DNA of 59,646 nucleotides from Candidatus Parcubacteria bacterium (GCA_026395755.1 JAPLYC010000075.1:1-59646), one strand, 5' to 3'; shown: positions 14,703-24,184, counted from the stretch's first letter. Numbers and translations: made by a program. Notes: generated by a model not told the origin, from the letters alone.

Positions 14703-17279
14703 ATGAAAGACCGAAATAAACAAAAAGGATTTTCTTTGGTCGAGATTTTAATCGGTATCGGTATTTTCTCCGTTATTTTTATCGGTGTAAGTTATTTATT
14801 GTTAGATAATTTACAGGCCAGCTTTGATAACCAGGAAAAAATTAAGGCTGATTTTTTGGTAGCCGAAGGCTTGGAAGCAGTAAAGGCGATTTCCGGCAAT
14901 GATTGGGGCCAGCTTACGGCGGGAAATTACGGATTAAAATTAGCCGATAATAATTGGCAGCTGATTACTGATCCGGAAAAAGTCAGTCAAATGTCTAAAA
15001 ATGGCGAGCGTGTAATTACCATCTCAGATTTAAGTGATAATAATTTAAAAAAAGTTGAAAGCAAGGTCGTCTGGCTGAGCATCACGGATAAATTAAAGGA
15101 AAGCAGCGCTACAACTATTTTAACCAATTGGCGGAGCTATGTTTCAGTCTGTGCTGACGGGCTGGATAATGACGGCGATGGTTTTTTTGATTATCCGGAG
15201 GATCCCGGCTGCAGTTCTCCGGCCGATGATGACGAATATAATCTTGCTGATCCGCCGGTTTTACCCGCCTGCTCTGATGGTCTGGATAATGATGGTGACG
15301 GTACAATTGATTATCCCAATGACCCCGGCTGTGCTTCAGCAGCTGATGACGATGAAACTAATCCGGTTGTTTCGGCGGTTTGTTCTGACGGTTTAGATAA
15401 TGACGGTGATGGCAAGGTGGATTATCCGGACGATCCCGGCTGTGTGTCAGCTGATGATAATGATGAAATTGATCAGTTAAATTTACCTCAATGTTCAGAT
15501 AATTTAGATAATGACGGAGATGGTCTGGTAGATTATCCCGCTGATTTTGGTTGCAGTTCTGCCGCTGATGACGATGAAAGTCAGCCCGTAGTTTTGTCTC
15601 TTTGTTCAGACGGAAAAGATAATGACGGTGACGGGAAAATAGATTATCCAAAAGACCCGGGTTGCAGTTCGGCGGATGATAATGATGAAACTGATCCGAT
15701 TTGCGGCAATAATATTTTAGAAACGGGTGAAGAATGCGATGACGGCAATATTCAAAATCGTGACGGGTGTTCAAACCATTGCAAAATTGAAGGTGCAGGC
15801 GGTTCAATTTGTGGTAACGGGATAATTGAGTCGTCTGAAGAATGTGATAAGACCGCAATACCCAATGGTTGTCAGTATGAGGGCGAAGCTTGCCAGAATA
15901 ATTGTAAATGTGAAGTCCCTATTTGCCATGCGACCTCTTCTGAGGCGAATCCTTACAACTTATTATGGGTAAGTGATGATGCCATTGATGGGGAAGGTAA
16001 TAATGACCATTCTAATCATAGCGGGGATATTATTCCTATCGGAGATATTAATAATGATGGAATTTTAAATGAAGACGATTGCATCGCCAGTTTAAATCAA
16101 GCTTGCGGGGGACAGACATGCCAGACAGTAACCCCTGATGTAATTTTTGATAGTGAAGATACGGCTTTGTGCAAATTAGACGAGGGCACAATTACTGTTA
16201 CCGGCAAAGTTGCTTTAGCCGAAGGCAAAACAGCTACATTGCAGCTTTCATATTATGTTATTTGGCCGGAAGATAAAAGAACCGAAATAACATATGTCAA
16301 TAAGGGCATTGTAAGTAATGGCGATACATTTTCTATTGTTACTCCGTGGCCGGGCGTGCGGCCGGGGGAATTAAAAGTTGAAACTCATATTGGGGCCATG
16401 CTTTTAGATCCGATTACCGGTAATCCGATTATGGCCAATGGTTCCAGTTTGGATTATTATTGGTATCCCTGGGTTTGCCCGGCACCAACAACGCAATGTT
16501 CAGATGGCATTGATAACGATGGTGACGGTAAGATTGATTATCCGGCTGATTCAGGTTGTTTTAGCGCCGCTGACGACAGTGAATATGGCGCTTGCACCGA
16601 TAATGATCACGATGGTTATAATACACCTGGTCCAGGCTGCATCCCGACAGTTACAGTCCAGAGTAGTGGCAATATCAAAGCACCTAAAGGCAAAATGAAG
16701 GTTAAAGTCATTACTTCTCAGATTACGTATGGCGCCGGCGGACCAGAAGTATTTGTTAAGACAGGTCTAAAAATAAATGGCACTTTAAACTGGCTTTTTA
16801 ACGGGGAGGATGTGGATGGTGGAGAAGAATATAATACTGTAATTGCTGACAATACTAATATTGCGGTCAGAGGTTATGCTTGGTATCAAAATTCATTTAA
16901 CAGCCAGTATGATTCTGATACGAATACCAAATATGTAAAAGCTTTGACCAAGGGCAGCAGCTTGCCAAATGTGCCGCGTTTTGGATCACAGCAGCCGCTA
17001 TCTGAAACCTTGTCTGCCTTTGTTGACGGCAATCGTAAAATTGATATTGACGTTAATCAGGTTTTGTTAATTTGGGAATTGGGCGTAACTGATTTAAGCT
17101 CGGATGCGGCTGATTTTCAGGATTTAGTTGTTTTATTGACTTTTGGGCCAGAAGCCTTGCCTTACTGTACCTGCGGTCCGTTTGATTGTGATGATTCTAA
17201 TAATAATATGAATCCCGGTAAAACCGAAATACCGAATAATAATATTGACGATGACTGCGACTTTTTCGTGGATGAATAA
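14703..17279 (+). CDS. Giant (858 aa) prepilin-type protein with Cys/Asp-rich Ca-binding-like repeat array (putative pilus-tip adhesin)
   Basis: N-terminus KG|FSLVEILIGIGIF. Five tandem repeats of about 37 aa, C.DG.DNDGDG..DYP.D.GC.S..D.DE (aa 150-332, nt 15150-15698), with a sixth at about nt 16497. Two Myxococcus-type Cys-rich repeats (CGNNILETGEECDDGN...C). C-terminal motif CDD.....NPG..E..N..DDDCD. Confidence 0.8.
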   Translation: MKDRNKQKGFSLVEILIGIGIFSVIFIGVSYLLLDNLQASFDNQEKIKADFLVAEGLEAVKAISGNDWGQLTAGNYGLKLADNNWQLITDPEKVSQMSKNGERVITISDLSDNNLKKVESKVVWLSITDKLKESSATTILTNWRSYVSVCADGLDNDGDGFFDYPEDPGCSSPADDDEYNLADPPVLPACSDGLDNDGDGTIDYPNDPGCASAADDDETNPVVSAVCSDGLDNDGDGKVDYPDDPGCVSADDNDEIDQLNLPQCSDNLDNDGDGLVDYPADFGCSSAADDDESQPVVLSLCSDGKDNDGDGKIDYPKDPGCSSADDNDETDPICGNNILETGEECDDGNIQNRDGCSNHCKIEGAGGSICGNGIIESSEECDKTAIPNGCQYEGEACQNNCKCEVPICHATSSEANPYNLLWVSDDAIDGEGNNDHSNHSGDIIPIGDINNDGILNEDDCIASLNQACGGQTCQTVTPDVIFDSEDTALCKLDEGTITVTGKVALAEGKTATLQLSYYVIWPEDKRTEITYVNKGIVSNGDTFSIVTPWPGVRPGELKVETHIGAMLLDPITGNPIMANGSSLDYYWYPWVCPAPTTQCSDGIDNDGDGKIDYPADSGCFSAADDSEYGACTDNDHDGYNTPGPGCIPTVTVQSSGNIKAPKGKMKVKVITSQITYGAGGPEVFVKTGLKINGTLNWLFNGEDVDGGEEYNTVIADNTNIAVRGYAWYQNSFNSQYDSDTNTKYVKALTKGSSLPNVPRFGSQQPLSETLSAFVDGNRKIDIDVNQVLLIWELGVTDLSSDAADFQDLVVLLTFGPEALPYCTCGPFDCDDSNNNMNPGKTEIPNNNIDDDCDFFVDE

Positions 17280-17292
17280 AAACTTGCTTTTT

Positions 17293-17793
17293 ATGAAGAA
17301 AAAAAATAATCAGGGCTTTACTTTGATTGAAACCATCATTTACATCGGTTTACTGGCGGTAATTATTGTATTTCTCATCTCTTTCTTTGCGCAGGCTACA
17401 TTTATAAAAGGTAAAATAAATGAGCGTCTGGATAATTTGGATAATGCCCAATATGCCCTGGAGCGTATGACGTGGTATTTGCAAAACAGCATTGAGGTTA
17501 CAGAGCCTTTAGCCGGTCAAAGTTCCAAGCAATTAATGGCAAATTCCTTAGTTTCGGAAAAAAATCCAATTAAGTTTTTTGTTGAAGCCAAACAATTAAA
17601 AATGCAGATAGCTGATGGTCAGGCCATAAATTTAACCAATAATCGTCTGGATGTGGATGATATTTCTTTTACCAACCAGGGTTTTATCAACCAGCCGGCG
17701 TTAATACAGATTAAAATGACAGTTTTGGGGAAGCAAAGTCTGTGGCAGACTCAGCCGTTAACGTTGCAAACTTCGGTAAAATTGGAAAAATAA
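17293..17793 (+). CDS. Prepilin-type N-terminal cleavage/methylation domain protein (minor pilin)
   Basis: Starts MKKKNNQG|FTLIETIIYIGLLAVII. The start at 17293 is preferred because it follows the stop of the upstream gene. Confidence 0.8.
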   Translation: MKKKNNQGFTLIETIIYIGLLAVIIVFLISFFAQATFIKGKINERLDNLDNAQYALERMTWYLQNSIEVTEPLAGQSSKQLMANSLVSEKNPIKFFVEAKQLKMQIADGQAINLTNNRLDVDDISFTNQGFINQPALIQIKMTVLGKQSLWQTQPLTLQTSVKLEK

Positions 17794-17809
17794 TAAAGTT
17801 ACCAATAAT

Positions 17810-18211
17810 ATGGATAAGCTATCTAAACCAAACGGCTACATAGCCTTAATCACCCTAATTATTGTCGGGGCAGTGGTTTTAATCGGCGCGATTGCTGTTT
17901 CTTTTATTGCTCTGAATCAGCAGAATTTTATCATCAGCCACAATCGGACTCTGAAAAATTTTTATGCGGCTAATGCCTGTGCTAATTATGCCATTTCGCA
18001 GCTGCAAAAGAATTTGGATTATGCCGGTAATGAAACTTTAGATTTGGAAGGAATCAGCTGTCAGGTTGAGGCCATAAGCGGTAGCGGAGAGAAAAATCGG
18101 GCAATTATTGCCAGTAGTCAGGTGGGCAACCAGTTGAAAAAAATAAAAATTGAGCTGGATCAGGTCAAGCCTGTAACCATAATTAAAACCTGGGGTGAAA
18201 TTTTCGAGTAA
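17810..18211 (+). CDS. Pilus-associated membrane-anchored protein (PilX-like, tentative)
   Basis: N-terminal hydrophobic NGYIALITLIIVGAVVLIG without a G|F cleavage motif, and a position inside the pilus cluster. Confidence 0.45.
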   Translation: MDKLSKPNGYIALITLIIVGAVVLIGAIAVSFIALNQQNFIISHNRTLKNFYAANACANYAISQLQKNLDYAGNETLDLEGISCQVEAISGSGEKNRAIIASSQVGNQLKKIKIELDQVKPVTIIKTWGEIFE

Positions 18212-18235
18212 ATAATAAATTTTTAACTATTTTGT

Positions 18236-19312
18236 ATGGGTATTTTCAAGAACTTGGGGGAGAAATTTTTTAGTCATAAGTTTCCCATGGTGGGAGTTGA
18301 TATTTCCGACGCCTCTATTGAGGTAATGCAGTTGCGGGCCGGTTTACAGCAGCCAAAAATTAAAGCTTCTTATCGCGTAGAATTACCCGACGGCTTAATC
18401 GAAAACGGGAGAATTGTTGATTTGGATAAAACAGCGGAAATACTGAAAAAAGCTTTTAGTGCCGGCGGATTTGCCAACAATTTTTGCCTTTTATCCTTGC
18501 CCGACAAAGAAACGTTTTTTGTAAATTTAAAACCGGAACAGGATGTCTCTGACATTGAGGCCGCTGTTTATAGCCTGGCTGAAGAAAATTTGCCGGTAGA
18601 ACTCAGTAAATGCTTAAGCGATTACCAGCTTGGCACTGATAATGAGGTTTTTTTCGTAGCCGCGCCCAAGGAAATTATTCTTCAATATCTGGAACTGTTT
18701 AAAAAAGCGGAATTGAATTTAGCAGTTATTGATTTTGAATCAGCTTGTTTGGCTCGGACACTTTTGGATCAGTCCAGGCTTAGACAGCCGGCTTTTATTA
18801 TTGACTTGGGTGCCAAATCAACTGATATTTTGCTGTTGGATAAAAATGGGTTTGAAGATCAGACTAATTTGGCTTGCGGCGGTTTTTTCTTGAGCCAAAA
18901 ATTGGCTGAGACTTTGAATAAAGATATAAAAGAAGCGGAATTGATAATGATCTCCCGGGGTTTGCAGGATTTAAAAGCTGACGCTGGTAAAATTATTGGG
19001 GAGATCTTTGGCCCGGTTGTTAGTGAAATTAAAAATATGGCAGCTGATTATGAAGCCAAAATCGCCCAGAAACCCGTTCAGATAATTTTAGCCGGCGGTA
19101 TCAGCCAGTTGCAGGAAATTAATGATTTTTTTAAGAAAAACTTGCCTGATTTTATTATTGAATCAGGCGATCTTAAGGAATCTGTTGATTTTAAGGATTT
19201 TGAGCTTAAAGGCGGTGAGATTTTGTATGCCAATGTCGTGGGTTTAGCGTTAAGAGGACTTTCGGCCAGCAGTTTAAATAAAGGGATAAATTTAATTAAA
19301 AATTTAACATAA
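18236..19312 (+). CDS. pilM: Type IV pilus assembly protein PilM (actin-like ATPase fold)
   Basis: Contains VGVDISDASIEVMQL, IIDLGAKSTDILLL and ILAGGIS, in pilus-cluster context. Confidence 0.8.
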   Translation: MGIFKNLGEKFFSHKFPMVGVDISDASIEVMQLRAGLQQPKIKASYRVELPDGLIENGRIVDLDKTAEILKKAFSAGGFANNFCLLSLPDKETFFVNLKPEQDVSDIEAAVYSLAEENLPVELSKCLSDYQLGTDNEVFFVAAPKEIILQYLELFKKAELNLAVIDFESACLARTLLDQSRLRQPAFIIDLGAKSTDILLLDKNGFEDQTNLACGGFFLSQKLAETLNKDIKEAELIMISRGLQDLKADAGKIIGEIFGPVVSEIKNMAADYEAKIAQKPVQIILAGGISQLQEINDFFKKNLPDFIIESGDLKESVDFKDFELKGGEILYANVVGLALRGLSASSLNKGINLIKNLT

Positions 19313-19318
19313 AAAATT

Positions 19319-19756
19319 ATGTCCAAACAAAAAGGGTTTACGCTGATTGAGCTTTTGGTAGTACTTGGTATTATTGCCATTTTAGCCGCCATAGTCATCA
19401 TTGCGGTTAATCCGGCCAGACAGTTTGCTATTTCCAGAAATACTGTCAGAGAAGCTAATGTCAATACGATTTTAAGCGCATCTTGGCAGTATGCGATTGC
19501 CAATCAGGGCAATTTACCGGCTTCCATTACTGAAACCGCCGGTGAAATTTGCAAAACAGGCGCAACCAGCTGCGCAGGCTTAGTCGATTTGTCAGTGTTA
19601 ACTGAAAACGGCAAGTACATTGTTAAAATTCCCGAAGATCCTAAAGGTTCAACCGGCGAAGGCGCAGGTTATTTTATCCAAAAAATGGCCAATGGCCGCT
19701 TGAAAGTTACGGCGCCAAACGCGGAATTAGAGACTACCATCGAAGTTCAGAATTAA
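19319..19756 (+). CDS. pilA: Type IV pilin (major pilin candidate)
   Basis: Starts MSKQKG|FTLIELLVVLGIIAILAAIVIIAV. It is 145 aa with a C-terminal Cys pair (CKTGATSC) and is followed by a terminator. Confidence 0.85.
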   Translation: MSKQKGFTLIELLVVLGIIAILAAIVIIAVNPARQFAISRNTVREANVNTILSASWQYAIANQGNLPASITETAGEICKTGATSCAGLVDLSVLTENGKYIVKIPEDPKGSTGEGAGYFIQKMANGRLKVTAPNAELETTIEVQN

Positions 19757-19769
19757 AAATAATAAAACA

Positions 19770-19803
19770 AAAGTTCCCGGCAATAAAGTTGGGAACTTTT
19801 TTG
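19770..19803. terminator. Intrinsic terminator after pilA; a second hairpin at 19814-19838 serves the convergent gene
   Basis: aagttccc-ggcaataaagtt-gggaactt followed by ttttt. The second hairpin is cgcctcccc-gggaaa-ggggaggcg. Confidence 0.75.
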
Positions 19804-19845
19804 TTAAAATAAATCGCCTCCCCGGGAAAGGGGAGGCGTAGCTAG

Positions 19846-20673
19846 TCATTTTGTTTTTTTCGGATAAGGCCGGATTACAACCCTGGTTCCGATTTGTAGC
19901 CACTGGTGCAGCCACTCTGCATCCGAGTAAAAGACACGGATACAGCCGTGACTGGCATTGGCGCCTGGAACATTGCCTGCATGAAAGGCATAGCCTTGCC
20001 CCTGAAAAAAAGCGGCGTAAGGCATTTTGGCGCATTTGTTGCCAGTGCAGCCAACAGGGTAGCGACCCGAACGATAGTTGGGTCCTTCTTTTCGGATGAT
20101 TTTAAACTCACCCGTTTTTGTTCGGCAACCGCGTTTGACATCAGGGCAATAGTCTTTGCCTCCGGCTGCAGGTCCCCAGCGCACGAGATTGCCCTCGCCA
20201 TCATAGGCGCCAAAGGCCAGTAGAGCAGGATCCCAGATGATCAGTTTCTCTCCGGGAGGGTCAATTTTATAGGCATATGGGGAGTAATCCATGAAGGTCT
20301 TACCCTGCATATCCTTAGGTACTGCCAGCACAACTCCTTTTGTAAGTTTGATGTTGCGTCGGTTGATCTTCATTACTATTTCCCGCTCGACAGTATTTGC
20401 CCACAGAATTTCCCAGGTAGGTACAACCTTTTTTTCTTTAATCGTAGTACCCGAGTTGGTCTGGACTTCTGTTTTAATGACTGTATCTCCGATTTTCAAA
20501 CAGTAAAAATTGACCGAATCGCCACAGAGCGCTTCGCCATATTTTTCTAATATGGCAGGTGCGGTTGCAGTAGTTGTACACTGCTCTGTCACCTCCGGCT
20601 CCAATTGAGCCGGGACGGTTAGGGGAATAATCCAGAGGACTAACATCATGAGCATTGTCCATACCTTTTTCAT
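19846..20673 (-). CDS. L,D-transpeptidase (YkuD domain) with signal peptide
   Basis: Contains GYAFHAGNVPGANASHGCIRV (the H..SHGC(I/V)R catalytic motif). It has visibly higher GC, with many shadow ORFs on both strands. SD is aaaaggagggtcgATG. Confidence 0.85.
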   Translation of the reverse strand: MKKVWTMLMMLVLWIIPLTVPAQLEPEVTEQCTTTATAPAILEKYGEALCGDSVNFYCLKIGDTVIKTEVQTNSGTTIKEKKVVPTWEILWANTVEREIVMKINRRNIKLTKGVVLAVPKDMQGKTFMDYSPYAYKIDPPGEKLIIWDPALLAFGAYDGEGNLVRWGPAAGGKDYCPDVKRGCRTKTGEFKIIRKEGPNYRSGRYPVGCTGNKCAKMPYAAFFQGQGYAFHAGNVPGANASHGCIRVFYSDAEWLHQWLQIGTRVVIRPYPKKTK

Positions 20674-20781
20674 CGACCCTCCTTTTGGTTAGAAAAACAT
20701 ATCCCTAGTACTTGTTTCCTATCAAGTTAGCACGAAAAATATCCCTTGTCAATCGTTCTGGCGGAAATCCATACTTGTGAA

Positions 20782-20857
20782 TGGTCGGGCTGGCGGGACT
20801 TGAACCCACGACCTCATCGTCCCGAACGATGCGCGCTACCAACTGCGCTACAGCCCG
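20782..20857 (-). tRNA. tRNA-Pro (anticodon CGG), CCA encoded
   Basis: The reverse complement is cgggctg-ta-gcgc-agttggta-gcgc-g-catcg-ttCGGga-cgatg-aggtc-gtggg-ttcaagt-cccgc-cagcccg-a-cca. Confidence 0.9.
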
Positions 20858-20907
20858 TTTAGATATGATGTTAATAATTTTAGCAAATATTAGTAATTTA
20901 TTCAATC

Positions 20908-20936
20908 TTGAAACAAAATGCCAAATAGGGTAAAAT
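20908..20936 (+). promoter_or_regulatory. Promoter TTGAAA-N17-TAAAAT
   Basis: ttgaaa at 20908-20913 and taaaat at 20931-20936, upstream of ORF 20996. Confidence 0.55.
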
Positions 20937-20995
20937 ATGAATAGGCTGTAAATTAGTATATTTGATCACAGCTCTTAATTTTTAATTTATAAAAA

Positions 20996-21352
20996 ATGAA
21001 TAAGAAAATTTTCCAGTGTATTCTCTTTGTGGCAGTAATTTCTTTGGTTTTGTCGGGCTGCCAAAATAGTTCAGACAATAATAAAGTCATTTTCTATTAC
21101 AGTTTGACTTGCCCGCATTGTAAAAATGTAGAAAAATATATTAGTGATAATAATGTCAGGGATAAAGTAAAATTTGAAGAAAAAGAGGTTTCGGAAAACA
21201 AGGATAATGCGGCTGATTTTGGTGATAAAATCCTAAAATGCGGTATTAAGCCAGAAGAAGCCGGGGTGCCTTTGCTTTGGGATGGGTCAGCCTGTATTGT
21301 CGGCGATGAAAAAATTATTAATTACTTTTTTACTAAAATAAATGAGAAATAA
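20996..21352 (+). CDS. Thioredoxin/glutaredoxin-fold lipoprotein (CPHC active site)
   Basis: Lipobox LVLSGC and the CxxC motif YYSLTCPHCKNVEKYI. 118 aa. Confidence 0.7.
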   Translation: MNKKIFQCILFVAVISLVLSGCQNSSDNNKVIFYYSLTCPHCKNVEKYISDNNVRDKVKFEEKEVSENKDNAADFGDKILKCGIKPEEAGVPLLWDGSACIVGDEKIINYFFTKINEK

Positions 21353-21411
21353 GGTGATAGGAATTTGGAATTAGGGATTGGAGAGCGGAAAATTAAAATT
21401 TAGAATAAGTT

Positions 21412-21927
21412 ATGCTTAAAATAAAAAAAATATTACCATCATTAGTAATTTTAGCGAGTTTCTTAGTTGCTAAAACGACATTTGCTGTATGTCCGGTTTG
21501 TGCTGTGGCAGTCGGAGTAGGGTTGGGTTTTTCCCGCTGGCTGGGAGTTGATGATTTGATTACCGGGACTTGGATTGGGGGGCTTTTAGTCACTATCAGT
21601 TGGTGGACGGTTGAATGGTTAGATAGCAAAAAAATTAAATTCAAAGGCAGAAAGATTTTAATAACTTTAGCGTACTATCTATTAACTATAGTACCTTTGT
21701 ATCTTATGGGCATTATGGGGCACCCTTACAATCAGTTTTGGGGGATTGATAAATTGCTTTTTGGCATTATCGTCGGCAGTGTAGCTTTTTTCTTCGGCTC
21801 GATGCTAAATCTCTGGTTAAAAAAGAAAAATGGTGGTAAGGTATATATTAAGTTTCAACGGGTAATAATTCCGGTAGTAATTTTACTTATAATTAGTTTA
21901 GTATGGTACTTAATTTTAAAAATTTAA
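21412..21927 (+). CDS. Integral membrane protein with CPVC motif after the first hydrophobic segment
   Basis: Contains TTFAVCPVCAVAVGVGLG and about 4-5 TM segments. Family not recognised. Confidence 0.55.
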   Translation: MLKIKKILPSLVILASFLVAKTTFAVCPVCAVAVGVGLGFSRWLGVDDLITGTWIGGLLVTISWWTVEWLDSKKIKFKGRKILITLAYYLLTIVPLYLMGIMGHPYNQFWGIDKLLFGIIVGSVAFFFGSMLNLWLKKKNGGKVYIKFQRVIIPVVILLIISLVWYLILKI

Positions 21928-21968
21928 CATTCGTTATATTCGCATTATAATTAGTAATTCGCATTTTT

Positions 21969-22505
21969 ATGGAAAATAACCAAGAATTAAATAAGAAAAT
22001 AGACGATTTTGTGGCCAAGGCAAATGCCAGCAAAACGGATAAGCTGGATTTATCTTCTGACGAAGATTTATCCATTGCCATCATGAATCTGATTTCAATA
22101 GAGGAGCATTTTTTCTTTACTGCTGAAAAAACCGGCAAGCCAGAGTATTTTGATTTGCTCAAGCAGGTTCGCGAAATGCGTAAGGAACTTTTGAAAAAGA
22201 TAATCAAGGAATATGAAGGCGAAGTCTGGTGCATTTCCAAGCATCTTTTAGCTGCTTCTATGCGTTTGATGGAAGTTGGGACCAAGCAATTGGGTTTGGG
22301 CAAAAAAACAGAAGCAGAAGATTTGTTCAAAAAGGCTTATGAATTGTATTCTTTATTTTGGGGTCTTAATTTGAAATTAATCAATCTTGGTGAAGTAAAA
22401 GGTTTAGCTGACGGTCAATTAAATAAAAAGGATACTGAAAAAACCGGGGTTATGGGAGCTTTGGGTAAATTGGTACAAAAGGTGATTGATTGTTGCATGG
22501 AATAA
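21969..22505 (+). CDS. Hypothetical protein
   Basis: 178-aa ORF, helical and charged, with no recognised motif. Confidence 0.55.
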   Translation: MENNQELNKKIDDFVAKANASKTDKLDLSSDEDLSIAIMNLISIEEHFFFTAEKTGKPEYFDLLKQVREMRKELLKKIIKEYEGEVWCISKHLLAASMRLMEVGTKQLGLGKKTEAEDLFKKAYELYSLFWGLNLKLINLGEVKGLADGQLNKKDTEKTGVMGALGKLVQKVIDCCME

Positions 22506-22532
22506 ATAAAAAAATCGGTTTGGTCACGGATT

Positions 22533-22550
22533 TTAGGCTTTAGCCTTTCA
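22533..22550. repeat. REP-like palindrome tttaggctttagcctttc; an inverted copy lies at 24764-24781
   Basis: The 18-mer is identical to the reverse complement of 24764-24781. Its core is aggct-tt-agcct. Confidence 0.8.
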
Positions 22551-22660
22551 CGTAATATGAAACCCTAAAGGTGAAATCCGGTGAAAATCGATTTTTTTGT
22601 ATTGACAAATAGTAAGATTTTTGTTAAGATTATAAATCCAAAATTTAAGGAGGGATTACC

Positions 22661-23701
22661 TTGAAAAATAAAAAGAAGAAAGCTGCTAAGAAAACAGTTC
22701 AAAAGAAGGTGGTTGTTTCTGGGAAAAAGAAATACTTTATTCTGGGAGCAATTGCTACTCTGTTGGCGCTGATGATTATGGGTTTTTTCCTGGGGACAAA
22801 GAAGTCCTGGGTTTGTGACCAAAACTTGCTCCGAGAGCCATTAACTAAAAGCTGGCAAGATCCGGTTTTTGCCCAAAAGTACACCGAGAATATTATTATT
22901 TCGGTATTAAACCAAGTACCCAAAAATACCAGCTATATCAGCATTGAAATGAATCAGCCGGTCAGGCAGTATCTACAATCGGTTTTAGAGAACGGCTCAT
23001 TTGATCAGGAATTGAAGCAGATTTTGGCCGGTAAAAAAGCAGCAGCCAGCGGGCCTCAGCTTACATTGATTTTCATACCGGATATCCATTATTCCTCGAT
23101 TTCAATGACCCAGTCTCAAAATTCGGCTCAGCACCAATCACAAATCAGCAATTATATTGCTAAACATAATTTCCCTTTAGCTTTTGCAGAGGGATTTGAT
23201 TATGAATTGACTTATTCCAATATGTATCGTGATTTGCTTAAGCTGGCTCAAAGAGAAGGGATTCAGCTTCCTTCTTTTGATCAGTTTAAGCAAAATTATT
23301 CTACCTCCGGGCGCATGGACGTTTGGCACGATGCCTTTATTGGTAAAAAGACGCCGATGATTGTTGGCATTGATCATATGCCGGCAGTCTGGATGTTTCA
23401 TGTGCTGGTTGAACTGAAAGAAAATACCAGCTATCTTAATCATGCTGATTTTGAAGAATTTACCAATTATAATTTAGCCTGGCGTGACCAGTTAATTTTG
23501 GCTAATGCTGTTCAAGCGATGAGGCGCCGTAATCTTACACAAGCCCCAATCGTCTTCGGTGCTCTTCATCTATATTCCTTCCAGCCTTTGTGTGCGCAAT
23601 GGGGCATCAGGCTGGAAGTGCAGACTTTGGGCTTGGAAAATTATCCTGAAGTTCCCGAGGATCTTCGGAATCTTGTTGCCAAGTTTTCCAAAGGCGAATA
23701 A
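22661..23701 (+). CDS. Membrane-anchored hypothetical protein (weak TraB/GumN/Tiki-like resemblance)
   Basis: TTG start after aaggagggattacc. Lys-rich N-terminus followed by a TM segment. IPDIH...AFAEG...WRDQ.....PIVFGALHL is loosely reminiscent of the Tiki/TraB superfamily. Confidence 0.5.
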   Translation: MKNKKKKAAKKTVQKKVVVSGKKKYFILGAIATLLALMIMGFFLGTKKSWVCDQNLLREPLTKSWQDPVFAQKYTENIIISVLNQVPKNTSYISIEMNQPVRQYLQSVLENGSFDQELKQILAGKKAAASGPQLTLIFIPDIHYSSISMTQSQNSAQHQSQISNYIAKHNFPLAFAEGFDYELTYSNMYRDLLKLAQREGIQLPSFDQFKQNYSTSGRMDVWHDAFIGKKTPMIVGIDHMPAVWMFHVLVELKENTSYLNHADFEEFTNYNLAWRDQLILANAVQAMRRRNLTQAPIVFGALHLYSFQPLCAQWGIRLEVQTLGLENYPEVPEDLRNLVAKFSKGE

Positions 23702-23757
23702 AAATATAAAGAAGCGAACCTCAAGTCCGCTTCTTTTCTATTTAAGTCGTTATTTTA

Positions 23758-24135
23758 TTAGGCCTGCCACAGTCCGTGAATATTGCAGTAAATTCTGGCA
23801 GTTACTTTTTCCGCTTTGATGCAGAATTCAGCTTCCGGTGCCTCACCTGGTTGTAAAAAATTTTTGTAACTTACACCATCAGCCAAAATTTCAATCCACA
23901 GGATATAATGTTCAGGAATCATGGGGTGGGGGATTGAGCCAACTTTAATTTTATAACCGGTTTTTGTTTTTTCAATCACCGGCACATGTTTTTCCTTGCC
24001 TTCGGTATCTTTGGCTTTGGGCTCTAAGAGCTCCATTTCCTGGCCACAGCAGTTAGTTTCTGGGTTGCCTGGATTTAAAATTTCCATTATTTTGCCGCAT
24101 ACGTTGCACTTGTAGATTTGATTGGTTTGGGTCAT
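23758..24135 (-). CDS. dfx: Desulfoferrodoxin (2Fe superoxide reductase)
   Basis: N-terminal desulforedoxin CNVCG...CCGQEM, followed by the SOR centre KHVPVIE....HPM..EHYI.WIE....C..HGLW. Confidence 0.88.
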   Translation of the reverse strand: MTQTNQIYKCNVCGKIMEILNPGNPETNCCGQEMELLEPKAKDTEGKEKHVPVIEKTKTGYKIKVGSIPHPMIPEHYILWIEILADGVSYKNFLQPGEAPEAEFCIKAEKVTARIYCNIHGLWQA

Positions 24136-24184
24136 AAAGATAATAAAATTAATTTTAAATCGGATTTTATCCTTCAGGATTTCA

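Noticed and set aside
19727-20662. Six overlapping ORFs on both strands around the L,D-transpeptidase gene: 19727-20035, 19851-20099, 19875-20213, 19906-20223, 20291-20506, 20474-20662.
   Set aside because: Only the 275-aa frame carries a signal peptide, the SHGC(I)R YkuD motif and an SD. The others are shadow ORFs produced by locally elevated GC.
20705-20905. ORF 20705-20905 (minus) and ORF 26761-26970 (plus).
   Set aside because: Each is a translation across a tRNA-Pro gene; the AQLVARIVRDDEVVGSSP-type peptide is the usual tRNA read-through artefact.
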